A stretch of 64,000 nt of DNA from Cyanophora paradoxa CCMP329. Taxonomy: Eukaryota; Plantae; Glaucophyta. A program made the translations under genes and the position numbers. The stretch lies in contig QPMI01000423.1 of the NCBI GenBank assembly GCA_004431415.1, positions 62,001-126,000 of the forward strand, read 5' to 3'. Below, piece by piece: positions 60,538 to 64,000 of this stretch. Position 1 is the first letter of the stretch; each line of letters starts with the position of its first letter. Below the pieces are notes generated by a model. The model had not been told where the DNA came from, searched no databases, and saw only the letters and a list, made by a program, of their open reading frames with translations.

Positions 60538-61689
60538 TGATAGTGTTAGCTAGCTATAGCGCCCTGTATATAAAATATTGTTGCTATAGGTAGATCTAGC
60601 TAAATGTATAGTTAGCTATATAGCGGTAGGAAGATATATGTATATATGGATTTATACCTGCATGCGCAGCTGCAAGTGCAGCGGTATACAAGACACCCGC
60701 TCACGCGGGGAAGGCCCCCCCCTCCTCCCCCCACGTGCACCCCTTCCCACCCATCCACATTCCTTCGAGTTATCCAGATCGAAGGGGAAGGATATCGATA
60801 AATCAGTACAAGAGCTCAATATTTTAATTACTAAGTGACTGAGTTAAAGATCAAGGTAGATCTAAGTACATCTAGATCTGTTTAATTTCGCAATTTTCGT
60901 GAGCCTAGTGCTAGTGCATGTGAGAGCTGCTGAGGCCGGGCGCCCTGGACGATCTCGCTTGCGGCGGACAGCATCGCCGGGCCACAACGTTAACAGCGGA
61001 CAGCATCGTCGGGCTCGCTGCGGCGCCGAGTCTCCGCCCTGCCCGGCGTGCCCTGCCGCCGCCCGCCGCGCTGCCTCCTCGCCCGGCGTGCGGCGTGGCT
61101 GCCCGTCGCGCCTCCGCTCCGCCCTTCGAGTCGCGCTGCCCCCCGCCTCGCGCCGCGCGCCCGGCGTGCCCGCCGCCGTCCGCCGCGCTGCCTCCCCGCT
61201 CTTCGAGCCGCGCTGCCCTCCGCCTTGCGCCGCGCGCCCGGTGATCCGCGCCTCCGCCCGCCCGTCATGGCCTCCGGCCTGCATGGCCCATCATCGTCCG
61301 GTCCTGCGCATCGGTGTCAGCCGCGCCCACGTTGCGCTTGGGGCTGCAGTTCACACACCGCCGTGCTCCCGTCCCGTCGATAGCTATAGAGCCGCGCTGC
61401 AAGCCGCGTCTCCGCCGCGGCCGGCGAGCCGCGCCCCTGCCTGCCCCGACTCGTCTTCCCGTCTCTTTCCCAGGCGGGACGGAAGCGGGGCTCGCTGCGG
61501 CGCCGAGTCTCCGTCCGCCCGGCGTGCCCCGCCGCCCCGCCGGGCGTGCCGTGTTGCCGCCCGCCGTTCCGCCGCTCCGCGGCCGGCTGGACGGCTGCCG
61601 GCTGGACGGCTTTCAATTTGCGGCACGCTTCGAGTGCGATGTACGGGAGCGTTCGTATATATTCGCCCTGCGCAGGGTTGGGCTTGCGG

Positions 61690-62140
61690 ATGACCACGTA
61701 CCCTGTTTTTTTCATGTTTTTTTCCCAGAACGGCGGACTAAGTCCGCCGTTCGCGTTGACCCTGTACCCTGTCCCGACAGGCCGGTCGTGGCTTGGTCTC
61801 TTATGCCGAGCAAGTGCTCGGCCACAACAGCGGACAGCATCGTCGGGCGAGCGCTAGCTCGTGGACGTGTGAGCCTCGGAGCTCGAGACCCGCCCTCCGG
61901 ATCCCGCGCGCGCGGCCCTTCCCGTGCTAAGCTTTAAGTGGCGCCCCGCTGACTGCCCTCTGCAGCTTGGCGCCGCCTCCTGCCGATCTCGAAGTTCACC
62001 CCTGTACATGTGCGGATCAGACCGCGCTGATGTCTGATCGGCACTTAGATGCTATTGCTGCAATTCCTTCCTGTGAGGCCCGTCTTCTCGCCCTGCCCGT
62101 TCTAAGCGGCGCCCCACGTGCACTGGCCGCCCTGCGCAGC
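61690..62140. repeat. Dispersed repeat copy 2 (partner of 58805-59590)
   Basis: Same blocks as copy 1, including the 11-bp hairpin at 61728-61752. Confidence 0.75.
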
Positions 62141-62838
62141 TTGGACTGGGTCGCTGCCGTGCGTCGTCCCAGCTGCCCCGCGGCCGCCCCCGCCGAGCCC
62201 ATGGCCAGCCCCGCCCCGGCCCCGCCCCGCCCCGTCCCGTCCTCCCCCGCTCGCCGTGCCCCACCTCGCGATCGCTCCGCCCCGCCCCGCCTCGCCTTGC
62301 GCATGCCCCGCTCTAGATCTGCCCCGCCCCGCCTCATGATCACCCCGCCCTGTCCACGTGCGCGGCGCCGTATCGCACCTGCAGCTGCAGCTGCCCCTGA
62401 CCGCCCTGCCCTGCCCCGCCCCGCCCCTGCGGTGCCTCCGCCCACACATCTAGATCTTGTTGAGCCTCGGAGCCGCGCCGCCACCCCCCTTGCCCCCGTA
62501 AATTCATAAACGGTCTGCGTATACGTATACGTATACGTATACGTATGCACTATTGGGCGGCGACATCCCCCCCGTCGGCGATATAAAACGTTGTGGGTAT
62601 GGCACCCAGTGACCCTGGAGAATAGCCAACGTTATAACTGCCTTCGGAGGGTGTCGACGTCCCCTAGGCCTAAACGTGCCCCGTAGCTCTTCCAAGTTTG
62701 CGTGCCCGGCCTGGGCAAATTGAATAGGGTGGTTATATATATATATGCAGAGTGAATGAGCCTCGGAGTGAATCGAGGGCTGGTAAGAAGTCCCGAGTTA
62801 TCCCAAGCTGACGTGTTGGGGCCGGGATCCTCAGCCCC

Positions 62839-64000
62839 TTACTCATCCTCATCCGCCTCCTCTAGATCTTCTTCTGATTCTTCCTCGAGCTCTTCATCAT
62901 CTCTCTTCGGTTTCTTCTGCTTCCTGGGCCTGAGGTTGTACTTCACTCCCGCCTTCCGCTTGGTCCCGTTGACCTGCGACTCGGCGATTCCGGTCATCCT
63001 ATATTTATACTATACGCAATGTACCATCGTGTGTGCACCTCTCGCGATCGGTCAGCCGGCCCGGCGGGGAACGATGCCTTGCTGCAGCTGGCACCGCGTA
63101 CAACGGCGAACGGGTTGGCCTTCAACGTCATGGGTAACTTGACGGGGCTCCCTATCCGTTCAGCACTGGGCCATGACTAGTACTGGTCGCAGCAAGATTG
63201 CCGGTACGTATACCGGTGTTAATAGCTGCTCCGGATCCACTGCCATTGAAGAGCACTGCCCTCCATGGTTATTCCCGTAAACGACAGTAAGTGGACCCTG
63301 CTCACCCATTCGATTGCAATTGGTGGCATTTTCGAGTGGGACCGACGCGTGCAGATGTGTGTAGGCGTCCGGAGTCTTCATGATCAGCGACTTCGTGACG
63401 AACCCTTCAGGCAGGCGCTTTCTTTTCTCCTCGTACTCAGTGAGGCCCATGACATCCGAGTAGTAGCCGAACCACAGTTCAGATGGAGCGAAGCTATAGC
63501 TAGAACTGTATCGGTCAAACTTGAACTACACGCACCACGTTCATAGTCACTGAGTCAGCCACTTGTTGGAATTGGAAGAAATTTTAAATGCTCTCGCACC
63601 TCTGCAAATGCAACGACGATGTCTGCAGCACCGTCAACGTTGTAGTTGTCGTACAGCACGCCAAGTGTCTCGAACTTGGCGTCCCTCCCGAACCGAGCAG
63701 TCACCTTACACCCTTTCTTGTCCATGCAAACGTATCCATCCTCGTCCTCCTTGATCACGCAGTTCACGTTGTCTGATTTTAATATCGATATCGGTGTACG
63801 TCGGGGCACCCCGGCCCTTGCATACCACGTTGTCACAATTGAATCAAAACACGCACATTCACTGAACCGGTTCGAATCACACTGCTTGTTTACGTTCACG
63901 TAGTCGTGCGTAGCGGCCGTAAAATCAGAAACGATGTCGTAGCGCATCATGACGAACGTGGTGCGGTCCATGTTTGCCAGTTTATGCGGCATCGATATCC
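62839..64000 (-). CDS. 3' part of an unknown spliced gene (possibly TE-borne or decaying) with a basic NLS-like plus acidic tail
   Basis: ...DIVVAFAE|FKFDRYSSSYSFAPSELWFGYYSDVMGLTEYEEKRKRLPEGF... then a terminal exon MTGIAESQVNGTKRKAGVKYNLRPRKQKKPKRDDEELEEESEEDLEEADEDE*. Visibly lower GC than the housekeeping genes. Confidence 0.5.

Noticed and set aside
1-64000. tRNA, rRNA or prokaryotic operon/defence system
   Set aside because: None recognised by eye, and all genes are spliceosomal-intron-rich eukaryotic genes. A tRNAscan/Infernal run would be needed to exclude small RNAs.

Overview
Very GC-rich, intron-dense eukaryotic nuclear DNA from a centriole-bearing (flagellate) protist or alga. 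The style resembles a glaucophyte such as Cyanophora, but that is inference only. Most long ORFs in the track are GC-driven artefacts; the real genes are spliced, and I rebuilt them by hand. In order: an EF-hand protein (3' end outside the window); a large IPT/PKD-ectodomain protein with a TRP-like multi-pass region; an F-box protein with a C-terminal SAM-like domain; NSF/Sec18 (26 introns, 12 of them GC-AG); a repeat-rich spacer; an ADCY10-like soluble adenylyl cyclase with STAND NTPase and TPR-like regions; Helitron-like and retroposed repeats; a small hypothetical protein; PIBF1/CEP90; a soluble P-type ATPase headpiece with every catalytic motif lost; a zf-4CXXC_R1-like zinc finger fused to a degenerate dynamin-superfamily GTPase; a truncated Mx-like dynamin; further repeats; and the 3' part of an unknown gene. 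Three observations stand out. (1) A recurrent mutational signature in which a short word X becomes X-revcomp(X)-X; it is visible between repeat copies and explains why the non-coding DNA is saturated with short palindromes. (2) The transmembrane-less pseudo P-type ATPase. (3) The zinc-finger/pseudo-GTPase fusion sitting next to the Mx fragment. Gene boundaries and exon joins are manual and approximate. Family assignments come from remembered motifs; no database search was run.
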